In this document: positions 44,880 through 58,700 of the stretch, piece after piece
Position numbering within the stretch: the stretch's first letter is position 1
How the letters are laid out: each line of letters begins with the position of its first letter
DNA from: the human T2T-CHM13v2.0 reference genome, Homo sapiens
Length of the DNA: 64,000 nt
Reading direction: 5' to 3'
Assembly: GCA_009914755.4 (NCBI GenBank)
Contig: CP068257.2
Span: 40,640,001-40,704,000 of the forward strand
Notes under the pieces: generated by a model
What the model saw: only the letters and a program-made list of their open reading frames with translations
Told to the model about the DNA's origin: nothing
Databases searched by the model: none
Program-made: the position numbers and the translations under genes

Positions 44880-45566
44880 TCATTTTTAAACATCTTTTTA
44901 AACATCCTAATATCTTGGAACAAGAATGCCCAGTGCCTCAGGTCCTTAGCTACAACGTTTCGTGCCCTCTGTGGAGTGCGGTGTTGGCACGCTGGCCCCA
45001 CCAGGGGCAGCGCCCATCTTCCGAGCTGCAGAAGTTCCATGTGACACTAAGATCCAAAGTTGGGAACAAGCTCTTCTTCTCTAGAATGTCAGTTCAGACT
45101 TAGGTATATTGTTCAAGAAAACAAAGCACTTGTACAGAGTTTCGACAATCTGCGTGTGCTCCAACACTATGAAATCAGAAACCGACGTCTTTCTTCTCAA
45201 AATGAGTGCTTTTGTTCTGACAGGGCAGGACTGGAGCAGAGGGAGAGAGGGGGCAGGAATGTTTCATATAAATGCTCTCAAGTCCTTGCAAGTTGGCTGG
45301 CCCACGATTCCCTCCAACCGTTAGAAAGCATGTAACCTCGGAAGTGAACACAAGACTTCTCAGTGCATTTCACCAGTGAATATGTACCACTCATTCAACT
45401 TGTTTTTTTGCTGGGGGCCCTGGAGGAAACAAAATTGGAAGAAAAACATAGTGGAGCTGTTGCACGTGTTTGTCTTAAGAAGGTGGTGGGCGGTGAGGAA
45501 GTATTCTGGGGAAGGCGGCCCTTTGGGAAGGGAGGATAGCCAAGCTGGGAATCGCAGGGAGGGTGA

Positions 45567-45869
<303 letters not shown>

Positions 45870-46720
45870 AACACCTGAATGCCAGGAAACAGGAAGATTA
45901 GACACTGTGGCCGAGGGCACGTCTAGAATCGAGGAGGCAAGCCTGTGCCCGACCGACGACACAGAGACTCTTCTGATCCAACCCCTAGAACCGCGTTGGG
46001 TTTGTGGGTGTCTCGTGCTCAGCCACTCTGCCCAGCTGGGTTGGATCTTCTCTCCATTCCCCTTTCTAGCTTTAACTAGGAAGATGTAGGCAGATTGGTG
46101 GTTTTTTTTTTTTTTAACATACAGAATTTTAAATACCACAACTGGGGCAGAATTTAAAGCTGCAACACAGCTGGTGATGAGAGGCTTCCTCAGTCCAGTC
46201 GCTCCTTAGCACCAGGCACCGTGGGTCCTGGATGGGGAACTGCAAGCAGCCTCTCAGCTGATGGCTGCGCAGTCAGATGTCTGGTGGCAGAGAGTCCGAG
46301 CATGGAGCGATTCCATTTTATGACTGTTGTTTTTCACATTTTCATCTTTCTAAGGTGTGTCTCTTTTCCAATGAGAAGTCATTTTTGCAAGCCAAAAGTC
46401 GATCAATCGCATTCATTTTAAGAAATTATACCTTTTTAGTACTTGCTGAAGAATGATTCAGGGTAAATCACATACTTTGTTTAGAGAGGCGAGGGGTTTA
46501 ACCGAGTCACCCAGCTGGTCTCATACATAGACAGCACTTGTGAAGGATTGAATGCAGGTTCCAGGTGGAGGGAAGACGTGGACACCATCTCCACTGAGCC
46601 ATGCAGACATTTTTAAAAGCTATACAAAAAATTGTGAGAAGACATTGGCCAACTCTTTCAAAGTCTTTCTTTTTCCACGTGCTTCTTATTTTAAGCGAAA
46701 TATATTGTTTGTTTCTTCCT
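45870..46720 (+). other. ABCG1: ABCG1 3' UTR; the start is certain and the end is not determined.
   Basis: The region follows the TAA stop. I found no canonical AATAAA in the next ~1.5 kb, so the cleavage site is not called. Confidence 0.3.
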
Positions 46721-49700
46721 AACTTTCTGACTACCTTTAATTTTGCCTAGGTTGATTTAAACAAACAAACAAACAGCTTCCCTTTCCTCCTGTATCACCT
46801 CAGCTGCCTCCACTGAACCTGGAAGAATGGGGCTTAGGGAAATTCAGGCACGACCTTTGAGGGTTGGCTCAGCAGGAGTGGCCAGCAGTGAAAGATGGGC
46901 TAACTGTGCAAGAGGGGAGGAGGCCAACGAGATGGCATCAGAATCCAAGGGCTTAGGACGAAGTCAGTAGACTTCAGCATGTGGAGGCATTTGAAACTTG
47001 ATCAAACAACGCACTTCGAGTGGTGGGAGATTTCATCTCTGGGTTTTGCGACCTCACAGCTGCATCACCGCCTCAGTGTTAGGCCTGTGTAAACTTTGCA
47101 CGTTGGAAACCGCTTCTTTCCTATGACTGAATCACATAAGTCAAATCCCGCTAGGGCAGAAACAGGTGCCTATCTGGAGGTCAAGTGGTCTTTGAATTCA
47201 CAACAAGGCTGCCTGTGAGTTTGTCAGCTCTCAGAAGCAGTTTGACTACATGCAGAGAAGGTGATTCTGGCCAAAGAAGTCCACCTTTAGGAAAATGCCA
47301 TTGTTTACTCCCTCTAGAATATCATTCTCCTAGAATCAGGGCTTCCGATGGAAAGGCTGTGTTTTTGCGGGAAAATCAGTGAACCTTTCTAAGCTACATT
47401 TTTCCTCATCTGTAAATAGTTACAGTACATCATGCCCAAGGCCATGCCAGCTCAAAGGTGGTGGGATTCCTTGGCGATGTCCCTGAAGCTCTTATTTCCC
47501 ACTTCGAAAGAACGAAAAGGGTCTGAATTTTATTTACACATGGATTTAGTTTGCTAATTCTTAGAGATTCCTTTTTTACTGCTAGATCTTTTTTAGTAAA
47601 CACAATTGAGATAGATATTAAAGTGTAATTTTAAGTGTGCTTGTTCTATACAAATATGGCATTGCCTTCCAGATTAAGTTTTTAACCAGAGTCAAACTTA
47701 GCCTTTATAAAAAGTCCTCATTTAATTTCAAAATAGATCTTCTTGTAAGACATTGCACATAGGGAAGACCTACCTAGGAATAGCCTGGTGAAATGCAGAA
47801 TTGGAAAAAGGCAAAAGTCCTTGCTCATGACTCAGAACTACATCGAGTGAAGTCAGTGTTGAAAACGCCCATTCCCTCCAGGTGAGCCTTCCCCATTGTG
47901 GATTAGTGTTGTGGCTTCATGGCCCTAATAGGGGTGTGTCTGCCAGGAACTGCACTGCATGGGGCCCACAGCCCTGCCCCAGAAGCAGCTTTGGTCTCGT
48001 TTGCTGAGACCGCTTGCTGTGCCTCATCAATTTCAGGAGGAAACAGTGAGATGCCTCTAGATTTTAAATCTGGTTTCGGAGAGCACCTAAGCCCTCTGAT
48101 GGAATGACTCTCGTAGGAACTTGATGGGGGTAATTCTAAGGGGGAAGAGCTTGGGAACCGTGAGGGCTGTTAGGCTGCAAGAAGGGAATGGATATGTGAG
48201 ACCATGTGGGTTTATTTTTTGAAGGGTGAACTGGAGTAGCTGAGGATTCTGCAGTTGACGCCCCAGGATGGCTTTGCTCAGCCCTCCCCCGTAGACTGGA
48301 GGAAAGCCTACCGCCAAGGGAGGAGAGGATGCATCTGTCCTAGGTGCAGCCGGCCTCCCTCTTCCAGGTTCAGCAAGGGTCCCTGGCTGGGCATTTTCCT
48401 CGTAACCTTTGGCAGCATTGGCTCAAATGCCATTGTTTAGATTCCCAGATATTTCCCCACTGCTTTTTGTGTTAAGGTAGTTTGGTAAAATGCCTTATTC
48501 CAATGGCCTAAGATAATATCAAGCAACTCACTGGTTTACTTTTCTAACCAGCTGTGGTTAAGACACACACGGCAATGTGCTATCTTTCACATGTTGGACG
48601 TTAAACCCAGACCAACTCCCCAAATCTAATTTGTTTCAGTAATTTCTGAATGCATTGACCAAGATATTCCTTTCATCTCTGGTTGAGTTTCTTCCATTAG
48701 AAGGAAGGATTAAACCTTGGATAAAAGATTTGCAGATGCCCCAGTGGTTAGTAGAGGTGAAAATGGAGGTTTCAGGGAAACTGCTGGGGCCTTTTGCCTT
48801 TGTCCTCATCCAAAGCATTTTGTGCCTCTCTTTCTTCTCCTCTGGCTGAATATCCACTGGAGATTGAATTCTCCGAAACTCCCTGTGTGGGTGAAGTGGG
48901 AAGCTGTGCCCAGGAAGGGGAGTAACTGTGCAAAGTTTTATGCAGTCAGTGCCAGAATTGGATTACATCACCTGGGGGAGGCGCCTTCAGGACCAGGAAA
49001 TGGTACATGGAGCTTTGAGGTGAAAACTCATCTTAGAAACCCACAAAAAGTCATTCCCCCAGCCTGACATCAGGGACAGACCACACCCATGGGGCAGAAA
49101 CCGGGCTTGGTTGTTGCAGTGGGAAGAGAAGGCACGACTCTGGTGCACCGAGCACCTTTCCTCGTGGCTGTTTCCAGGCACTGGGCTGGATGTCCTCAGA
49201 ACCCCCTGTCCCCTGCCCACTCCTCAAACCCTTACTGACCCACCCCTCTCGCCTGGTGCTGTCCCAGGCCCTGGGGGTGAGGGGGAGGGGACTCCAGCGT
49301 GGGCTTGCCCTCCAGTGTGGTGGGAGGGAACCACGTGGCCACTTGGCTTAGCCGTGCTCATGGTGCAGACGTGGAACGCGGAGGCAGGGAGAGGCTCCGT
49401 GACGTCCCCAGGGCCCCAGAACGAGGAAGGAGCGGAGTTGGGATTCCAGCCCAGTTGGACGCTGAAGTCCCTGTTTTGTTTACTGCCTCCTGTTCATGGC
49501 GTATGAATGTATCTGAGATGCTTTGTAAGGCATAAAGTGCAATACTAGCTTAGTGGCTGTTCGTTCAGTGATTCCTTCTGTTACCAAACAGGTGGCTGAG
49601 ATGAGAGGGCAACCCAAGCCTAACGCCCTTCAGTGGCCTTGCATCAGAGTACTCGTGACAGGTACCTCTCCGTGGAGAGGGGCTGTCCTCTGCCCTTGCC

Positions 49701-49734
49701 TGCTCCTCCTATTGCAACAGTCCTGTGGACTAGC

Positions 49735-49965
49735 TCAGGCTCTACAGGGGCTGGTGTGTGTGTGTGCGTGTATGGTGTATATGTGTCTACCTACACACAA
49801 GCACATGTGCACACATGCACACACATGCATGCAAGCACACGCACACACACACATGCACACACACTCACATGGACACACACACACACACATGCACACACAT
49901 ACATGCACACACATGCACATGGACACACATACATGCACACACATACATGCAGGTGTGCAGACTTG
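49735..49965. repeat. Degenerate (CA)n/(CATG)n repeat in the intergenic region.
   Basis: The sequence reads gtgtgtgtgtgcgtgtatggtg and later cacacatgcacacacatacatgcacacacatgc. Confidence 0.88.
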
Positions 49966-52900
49966 GCTCCAGGCGTGTGTTTGATAGTATTATTCTATGA
50001 TATTTCCCTCATCTCCATAGAATACCAGCTTCTGAATCCTCAATCAGCCTTTACTGCAAGAAGAAAAGAAAAACCTCTCTCATTCCAGGTCTGTGGTGCA
50101 GATGGGAAGAGTATAGTCAAAACCCATTAAGGCCTTAGTCAAATGCCAGCCGAATTAGAACGCAATGAACGTTAGACAAAACAACCCAACTGGCCAGGCG
50201 GGGGAGGCGCAGAGCGTATAAATATAAAGTTAGATACTTATAAAGAATAAAGACTCTAATAAAATATTTTATATAAAACTTTTTACCTGTGTTCAGCGTC
50301 AGATGCTTCAAGTGATTGGCTTTGCATTCTCCTAAGTCGATGGATTCTTAGGCTGTGTCTAGAATGCGTTTGTTGTCCCTCTGGGAAGAGCACTGATTTG
50401 TCACTCATGTTCTGGTCCAAGACGTGGCTGTAGATGAGCCCTTTCTCGATGATGTTCATGTATTATGTTGAATTGTCTTAAAGTTTTGTGTTTTCTGTTC
50501 TCCCAGAATCCTCACCCATGTCCTCCTGCCTCGTGATGTTGGCCATGACCTCGAAATGTGCCTGGAGGAGGCTCGCGGCAGGGCTAGCAGGAGGGCACTG
50601 GGCCACACCTTCCCTTTGGTCCTCTCCACCCTTGCAGGGGCTCCCTCAACCGGGGCTCTGGGGCGGTAGCTCTGGCAGGGCGACGTCGCTTCTTCCTTAC
50701 TCTGCTTTGCTGGAAACCCATCTCCCAGGCTGAGCTCTGTAGAGGCAGCTGCTAGTGGGGAAGGCAGCCCCTCTAGAGGTTTTGGTCCCAAAGTTGAGGT
50801 GAGCAGGGCCTAGCAGTTGCTCAGTGTTATGTGCTGCATTAGCCCATGGTTCCCCGAGCTCCGGCCAGGCAGTGACCCTCAGAGTGAAGACTTTCCGGGA
50901 CACCAGTGGCTTAGAACTGGGCTTTCAAATCCAGCTTCCCTCCCACCTCTGGGACACAGAGCAGAGAGCCGGGCTGGGTGAGGTCACAGAATCGGCCCGC
51001 AGTGGCCCCTGCACTCCTCCTATGGCGGGCAGGCACAATCGAAGGCTGCCCCAGGCGTGCACACAAGCTCGCGATGCACAGTTTTCTTCCCCCCTCGGTA
51101 ACCCCAGCCTTTCTGGACGGCCCGGCCGCCCTGGGTCCCAGTAATGTTAAAGTCACGGTCCTTTCCAAGCCACTGTACTTGGGCTGTCCCGTCAGGGAGG
51201 TTCCTCCAAGATAATTGCCCCCTGCAAAGACAGGGGCTTCTGATGTCCACTTGTGGGGCTGACCTTTTTGGGGAACCTCCCTGGGACCAGAAGCAGGGAA
51301 GAAATAAGAGACCCTGCACCCCCATGGCACAGTCTAATTTTCACTTACAAGCTCAATTCAGGCTGTCCTTAAAATCCACGTGTCCTGGGCAGGAAGGAAA
51401 TGTGGGGACAGGCACACACGCACATCCTTCTGCTATGCTGACCTAAAGTTCCTAATAGCTATCCTACATCCTGCCCGTTTCTTTTTTCCATATTTGAGGA
51501 AACAGAAGGGTTTAGCCTTAGCCTAGTTTTTTATGTTATCTCTGAACAGGCCAACCTGGAATCACCCCTCACACAGACACGTGTGGCCTGCCCCAGTGTG
51601 CCTGAGGCCCACCCAGGAACCCTGCTTTGCCTGGGGTTTATGTGAATGACACACATGTGAGCAGAGGCTGGGGTTAGGACCCTGAGGCTTCCCTGTTCTC
51701 AGAAATACTCTCCTGGCATCAAAAGGAGAAAACGGTCCATGCCACTGGCTACCACATTCCAGCCTGGCAAGGGTTTACTGTTTATAGAGGCACCGTTTGG
51801 GGGCTTTTCCATGTAGAATGGCCGTTGTAAAGCTGAAGAGAAAGGAACAGAAGCACAAAAGCACCTTGATTCTTCGCAAACACAGGCAGGGGCTGCCGGC
51901 TGGACGAGGGCGCTGCATTTTGAGGGCGTGCTGGACCCGCTGGCAGAGCCCGCCCTGAGGGTTTTCTCTGCAGCTGTGGGCTAAGCTTGCCCAAGCCCCT
52001 CCCCTTTTCCAGAAAGCCACCCCCATGGCCACTTGCCTTTCAGGTCCAGGTTGAGGACACAGCCACGGGCATATATGTATTTGTTTCACTGGGGTTCATG
52101 GTTCTGGGGACAGTCTTCTAGCCCCCGAGATCTTGGGAAAGGCATGAGCTCAAGCCACATAACCAAAAAGTAGCAAAACTCAAAATTATTACTTTACTTT
52201 CAGCTGTTTTCTCTCAATAGCGCGCCACCATCGTCTGTGTGTCTGCACTGAACAAACATACGAGAGAATCTGGCTGATCACTTTGAGTGCCTTTGGCCTA
52301 AACTTTGCACATGACTTTAAACGTGGCCCTGATACTGCACACAGTAAGAAATGTTTTTTATTTTATGGTCCCTGAGGTTACGAGATCAGATCTCTGGAAA
52401 TGTGTAAGCCACCTGCTGTCACCTCTGACCCATGTGGTCCATTACCATGAGGGCCGGTGAGTGGGGCAGAGATGCTGAGGCCTGGCTGGTGAGCCCCCGA
52501 GCAGTGAGGCAGGACCCTCCCTGGTGACCTGTGTGGGGGCCAGTCCTCTAGTCCCCCAGACAAATCTCCCTTTAAGGAGGCTTCTGAAGCTCTGAGTGCC
52601 GGCGCTCAGAATTAATTTGACTCTTCACTGCTCACTGCACCTGCCTATAAGCCTCTAGAAAACAGCTTGCCCAATGAGAGTGCTGCAGCTGAGGCAGCAG
52701 CAGACATGTCCATTTCTGGGGAAGTTACTCAAACAATCGTGCCTCTTAGGGGGCCCTAATGTGCCCCTTCTGGCAGGTTGAAATGCATCTGGCCTTGAAG
52801 GGGAAGGTTAGGAAATTATGAAGTACGTGGGTTTAGGGTTGACAACCCCATATCCATGGACTCCTGGAGATCCCTGAACGCCGTCTAATCTGAATGGTAC

Positions 52901-54840
52901 CACAATTTGGTTTGTCTGAAAATATAGTAGTAACCACGGCAGTGATTTCATTTTTACACGTTTGCATTTTTACATGTCTGTCATTATGCATCTTGGGGTC
53001 TCTTTTCCATGACCTACCAGCTTCCCAAGCTTAATAATCAGTATCTCACTATTATGTCATTGGCCAACTGAAAACAGTAGCAAAACATCCTATCATCCAA
53101 ATTGCTAATAAAATAGAACACCACACCCACACGCTGGCTTCCCATTTTTATAGTCTTATCCTCCCACCTGGAGGGTGTGAATGGGGATCAGTTTTTCAAT
53201 AGAACATGTATGTTTGGTAAGTTAATATGTGTAGCTGACCCCTTTGCCTTTGTTTTTATATATTTATGTTTTTCTATTGTAGACATATTGATGCAATACC
53301 TGTTCATAGTTGAATCTGTTACAAATTGTTACCTTTTATTTGATGAAGAACTATTTAAAGATTTTCCTTTTTTATTTCTTCTAAAGCAAAAGTCAATGCA
53401 AGTAACTCTAATCAGCGTGCAAAGGCGTGCATATATATCTGCTATGTAATTATATAATGTTTTTATAATGCTGTGTGGATAACTTTTCACTGATTTAGTT
53501 ACTTGACTGTAGGAAACACTGTTGCTTTGCACGCTGTGAGAGGTTTGCACTGTTACAGATGAAGGCAACATATTTACATATGTACATGTATATACATATA
53601 TATATATTCAAAAATAACATCGGCTCTTTGGGGTGTCTGTTTCCTTGGTTGTCTCACGCCACTGGAACATTGAACCCAGACAGACCCTAGGATGTGAGGT
53701 TCCTGACTGCACCTTACAGACCACAGAGCCACGTGTCTATTTCTGTAGACCTATCTCCTTAGATTTGTACATGCATTTTTTGCGGACTTGAACTTTGTTT
53801 TCTGAAATTAGATGCCATTTATGATGATGTGATGTCAATCAAATAAAGCATCATTATTTTCAGATTTCTGCTTCTCTTTCCTTTTGCTTTCAACAGCCCC
53901 AGCTCTCAGACCTGCTGGGGGAGTCGCGTCTGGTAGAGCATCTAGTATTTTCTCCCTACCTGCCCTTGCTCTCAATGGAGCACTTCTCTCTTCAGTGTCA
54001 GGATGGATTCCAGTGAGGAAGACAAATAAGAGTGATGGTAAGGAAGCCTGTAGCTCCAGACTCCATGGAGCACCATGTGGTGGCACAGTACCCTACCTTT
54101 CCATGCGCAATCTCATCAAACCGTCGTCATCAGAGCTGGAGAGCCGCAACTGGCCCCATTTTTCAGGTTAAAAACACCGAGGCTCAGGGATATTACACAA
54201 CTTGCCAAAGCCACAGAGCTGGTCGGTGGTGCACGCAGAAGTGAGACCCTGGCCATCCAGGCAGGGCTCCTGGCCACTCCATGGCTCTCCCTTCCTCCGG
54301 GAGAGGCATTTAGGATTTGAGACCACACAGGAGGAGAATCCACGTTGTGCAGGAAGTGGTGTGGCAGGTCTGACCCTCATGACCAGTGGAAACTTCTCCT
54401 CCCAGACACTTGGCTGAGGGGTGAGATGATGTGCCAACATCTCCAGGGATCGGCCTGGAGGTCCTTGTGCTGTCAAGACCCCTTGTGAGTCAGCACTGGG
54501 GCCTGGGTCCAGATGTCATCTGGGATCATCACCTGGGACATGGCCCTACTGGGCCCTACTTGTAGGCGAGGAGGAAGGTGTGCATGTGTGGGTAGGAACG
54601 AGACAGTGCAAAAAGCCGCTGCCTGGTGACCTGGCATGCAGACTCGGCCCTCCCACTTGCACGGTGATCCACTGAAGACAACAGCTGCCTCTGTACTCAC
54701 GCTCCCCCACACTCCCCTCCTTCCTGCCCTGGTTTCTCCATCCCTAGATGCCATCCCATGCCCCAAACCATCCGCCAAGCACAATAACCTCGCCCCCACC
54801 CACCCCATGAGGTCACTCGAGTTGACAACCAGATAACAGT

Positions 54841-54884
54841 TTTTGTTTTGTTTTGTTTTGTTTTGTTTTGTTTTGTTTGTTTTT
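54841..54884. repeat. (TTTTG)n microsatellite.
   Basis: The sequence reads gtttttgttttgttttgttttgttttgttttgttttgtttgttttt. Confidence 0.92.
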
Positions 54885-55161
<277 letters not shown>

Positions 55162-55289
55162 ATAGCAATTTGATGACCCATCCCCTCCACTGCTGGGAAA
55201 AGGCTGGGCACCGCCCACACTCCATGCAGCTCTCTTTCCCTGGCTCGGAATCGCTGCAGGCGCCACAGACCAGACGCGCACTGTTCCCC

Positions 55290-55740
55290 ACTCCTGCTTA
55301 TCGGCCGCGCGGCATCCCCTTGTCGCAGCACTCCAGCATCCATGCAGCCGCGCGGCACCCCGTCTTCGGAGCACTCCAGAATCCATGCAGAGCGCAGCAC
55401 CCCACATCCAGAGCGCTCCAGAATCCATGAAGCACGCGGCACCCCCTCGTCAGAGTGCTCCAGAATCCATGAAGTGCGCAGCACCCCTTAATCGGAGCGC
55501 TCTAGAACCCGTGCAGCGAGCAGCACCCCACACCCGGAGCGCTCCAGAATCCATGAAGCCAGCAGCACCCCACACCCGGAGTGCTCCAGAATCCACGCAG
55601 CACGTGGCATCTCCTCGTCATAGCGTTCTAGAATCCATGCAGCGAGCAGTACCCCACACCGGGAGCGCTCCAGAATCCACGCAGCGTCTGGCACATCTTT
55701 ATCAGAGCGCTCCAGAGTCCATGCAGCCACAGTCCTCCAA
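55290..55740. repeat. CpG-rich 42-bp minisatellite, about 11 copies, in the ABCG1-TFF3 intergenic region next to an Alu.
   Basis: Units such as ctccagaatccatgcagagcgcagcaccccacatccagagcg recur. The + strand peptide SAPESMKxAAPHTR has a 14-aa period. CpG motifs such as gcgcgc and cggccgcgcggc are frequent. Confidence 0.9.
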
Positions 55741-58700
55741 CGGACCCTGAGATTGTTTCTGCAAAAGGCCATGCCTTCATAAATCTGAAAATTTGGAAAA
55801 CATCCTTCTACTTATATCCTTACAACCCACCATTCAAGCTGTAGAAGCCTTTCTGGAACTCCAAGCAGAAGGATATCCAAAATGTAAAAACGGTGGGGCC
55901 TGCAATCCCACGGAGCACCCCCCACTCTCACGGTGCCCAGGTCGTCCCACTCAGCACGGACATTCTGCCTCCAGCCCTGGGGCCTCCGGGTTATACCCAA
56001 AAGAGGTGACTCTTGGGGACGTAAGGTGCGTGGGGTGCCATGAACCCTCCCAAGGCTGCAGCCTCTTGGGCAAGGAGTCCACAGTGCTGTTGCCAGCCAA
56101 ATTGGCTGCACCCCTGCACGAGGGGGCTGATCTTCCCCACACCACCACTGTGGCTGGCATCGCAGTAGGTACCACTTGTTAACAACCTCGTTCTACAGAG
56201 AGATGGTGAAGCCAGACGCAGGTAAACCTGTGGCAGGGCACTCTTCCTGAAGAACCAACAGATCCCCTCAGGCCCGCCCCGCTGTTTTATTTCCCTTCTC
56301 TGCCCTTTCCCCGGTGCAAGCAGCTGTTGGTCTGTGCTTCCTGCTGCTCTGCTCTGCAGATACTAACGAAGCCACAACCAGGGGGCCGGGTGGTCACAGC
56401 AGGGACCACAGCTGGGCAACCTATAATCTCTGTGACGCTGGGAGCTCTGGGACCTCATTTTTCCTAATGTCCCCATCTGTAAATAGCCAGGTTGCCATGT
56501 TGAGAGCAGGTGTCAGAGGGAAATGGGATCTCGCCACACTGCAGGACTGAGACAATTCCTCTGGTTGGTGAGGGCTGGGCCTAGGATGGGAGGCTCAGAG
56601 CAGTGAATGAATGGATGTGGTGTTGGATGCTTCCTCCAGGAGGCCTGCCCGCCTGCCCCTGTGGAGGACAGAGGCCAGGGAGACAGGTCAGTGGGATGGG
56701 GGAGCAGAGGGAGTCGGTTGCACCCCACAAAACCCAAGAGGGAAAGGCTGCAGTGTTCAGGCCAACAGGGACAAAGACAGCTGCACAGCGAGAAGCAGCA
56801 AATGATTCCTGTGCCTGAGTGTGGTCTTGGAATGGCAGAGAGAACCCTTGAGCCTGGGAGCCACCTGGAAGGGAACAAGGCCGTCTGGCAGCCACCTGGC
56901 AGGACCCATGGCATTGAAGATCAGATGTGCCAGCCACACCTTGGTGCTCGGTATGCCCTTGGAAATAAACTCTCAGTTCTCAGGGCAAAAAGGCTTTGTC
57001 TAAATGGGCAAATCAACAGAGGTATCAGCACATGTACAGATGTGTGCTTAATCAAGATATTATTCCCATGCCATAGAATTCACTTTTTTAAAGTGTTCGT
57101 CTCAGGGGGTTTTAGTATTGTTTTAGTAAAGTGTACGATTTGGTGGTTTTTAGTATCTAATATTGCACAGAATTGTGCAGCCAGTATCATATGCCACTCC
57201 AGAACATTTCCATCACCCCAAAAGGAAACCCCTTCCCCATGAACAGCCACTCCCCATCCCTCCCCCTACCCAGCAACCACTGAAACACTGTCTGTCTCTG
57301 TGGGTTTCCCTATTCTGCACATTTCATATAAATGGAATCACACAACACATGGCTTTTTGTGATCGGCTTCTTTCACTTAGCATAAAACACACTTCAGTTT
57401 TGAAAACAAAATAAAACCTAAGGAAGAAAGGGAGCATGAACTCTAAATGCAGTAGAAAACTATGGCCGACCAAGGGGATGCGGCTCTGACCTCACAGGGG
57501 AATGAGCTTTCTCAGCCTGCACCTTGCTTCTGCAGCTGTCGGCAACCCTCTGATACAGCCATTATAATTGTCCCATTTTGCTGATAGGAACTTTGAAGCC
57601 CCAGGGCTCTCTAACTCTTTCCAATACATGACAGTGCCTCTCGAGCCCCCAAGAAGGAGGACTGAGGGGAGAATTTCCAGCCTCCACAGCTGTGTCACAG
57701 CCCAGGGCCCTGCAGGGCCTCAGAGCAAAAACCTAGTGAGCAGGGAGGCTTCTTGGCCACTGGAGATGCACCTACCACTCAGCTGTCCCTCAGAGACGAC
57801 CTGCTGCAGGGACCCAGGTCACCGACAGCCCCGCATCCAGCATGACATCCACGCCAGGCCCACTTCCCTGAGGCTGCTCCCAACCAGGGCATTCCCACCA
57901 GACACAGGGTCCCTCGAGGGGCACTCTGCTTTGGGGACTCCCCATCAGCCTGCGGGAGGCTCTTCCTCCCCAGTCCTTCCCCCACTCATTTCGGAGGCAA
58001 GAACTCCCCAGTACGTCTGCTACTTATGGAAGCCCACATGGGTGTCTCAGCTTGAAGCCAAAATTCTCGCCATTGGAAATTATGAATCCTTGGAATACAG
58101 TGATGAATACAAGTGAATATCCAATGTATTATGGAACAATGTAGAGCTTTCTAGCAGACTCCAGAGGAACTGTGGAAAATGAGAAGTGCCACAGCCGCAC
58201 CCTTCACCACCAACTCAAGAGGAGGGGGAAGGCATGGGCATGGCACGGAAAACCATCATGGGGTGTAACGGCTGCAGCGTGGGGAGAAGCCTAGCGTTTC
58301 TCTCCCCTTTCCAACAGCAGCACACGCCAGCAGCGAGGGAGCCCAGCCATGTTCTGGCTTCTTCTGGCAATCAAAGTGTTCATTCTGGAAGGCTCTGGAA
58401 ACATGGACCATTTCCAAGTTAGTGATGAAGGTATTTGACATAAAAATGGTTCCTGGGTCCTATGGGTCACAATTCATTATTTGAATTCGCCGTGAGCCGC
58501 TGATGGATGTCGGTTTCAGATGTGCCCAGACCAGGAGGTGGGAAGGCCCAGCAGGTGGCGTTGAGGCCACCTGGGCTCTGGACAGCTGTTGTCAACTGAT
58601 GCCCAGTGCTGGAAATTAAATATGCACGAGGCCTTATGAAAATATAAGAAATAAAAGGAGAGTAATGTTCAGTACATTCCTATTCAGTGCACCATGCTCC

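Noticed and set aside
45870-48300. ABCG1 polyadenylation site.
   Set aside because: I found no canonical AATAAA in a plausible position. Only weak variants occur (for example aatata near 46700 and attaaa near 47625). I therefore give the 3' UTR end low confidence rather than calling a terminator.
55290-55740. A 42-bp periodic array with a periodic ORF (SAPESMK...AAPHTR) that could be read as a repeat-protein gene.
   Set aside because: It has no start or splice context, there is a stop-free frame on only one strand, and it is intergenic next to an Alu. It is interpreted as a minisatellite. Transcript data would be needed to say otherwise.
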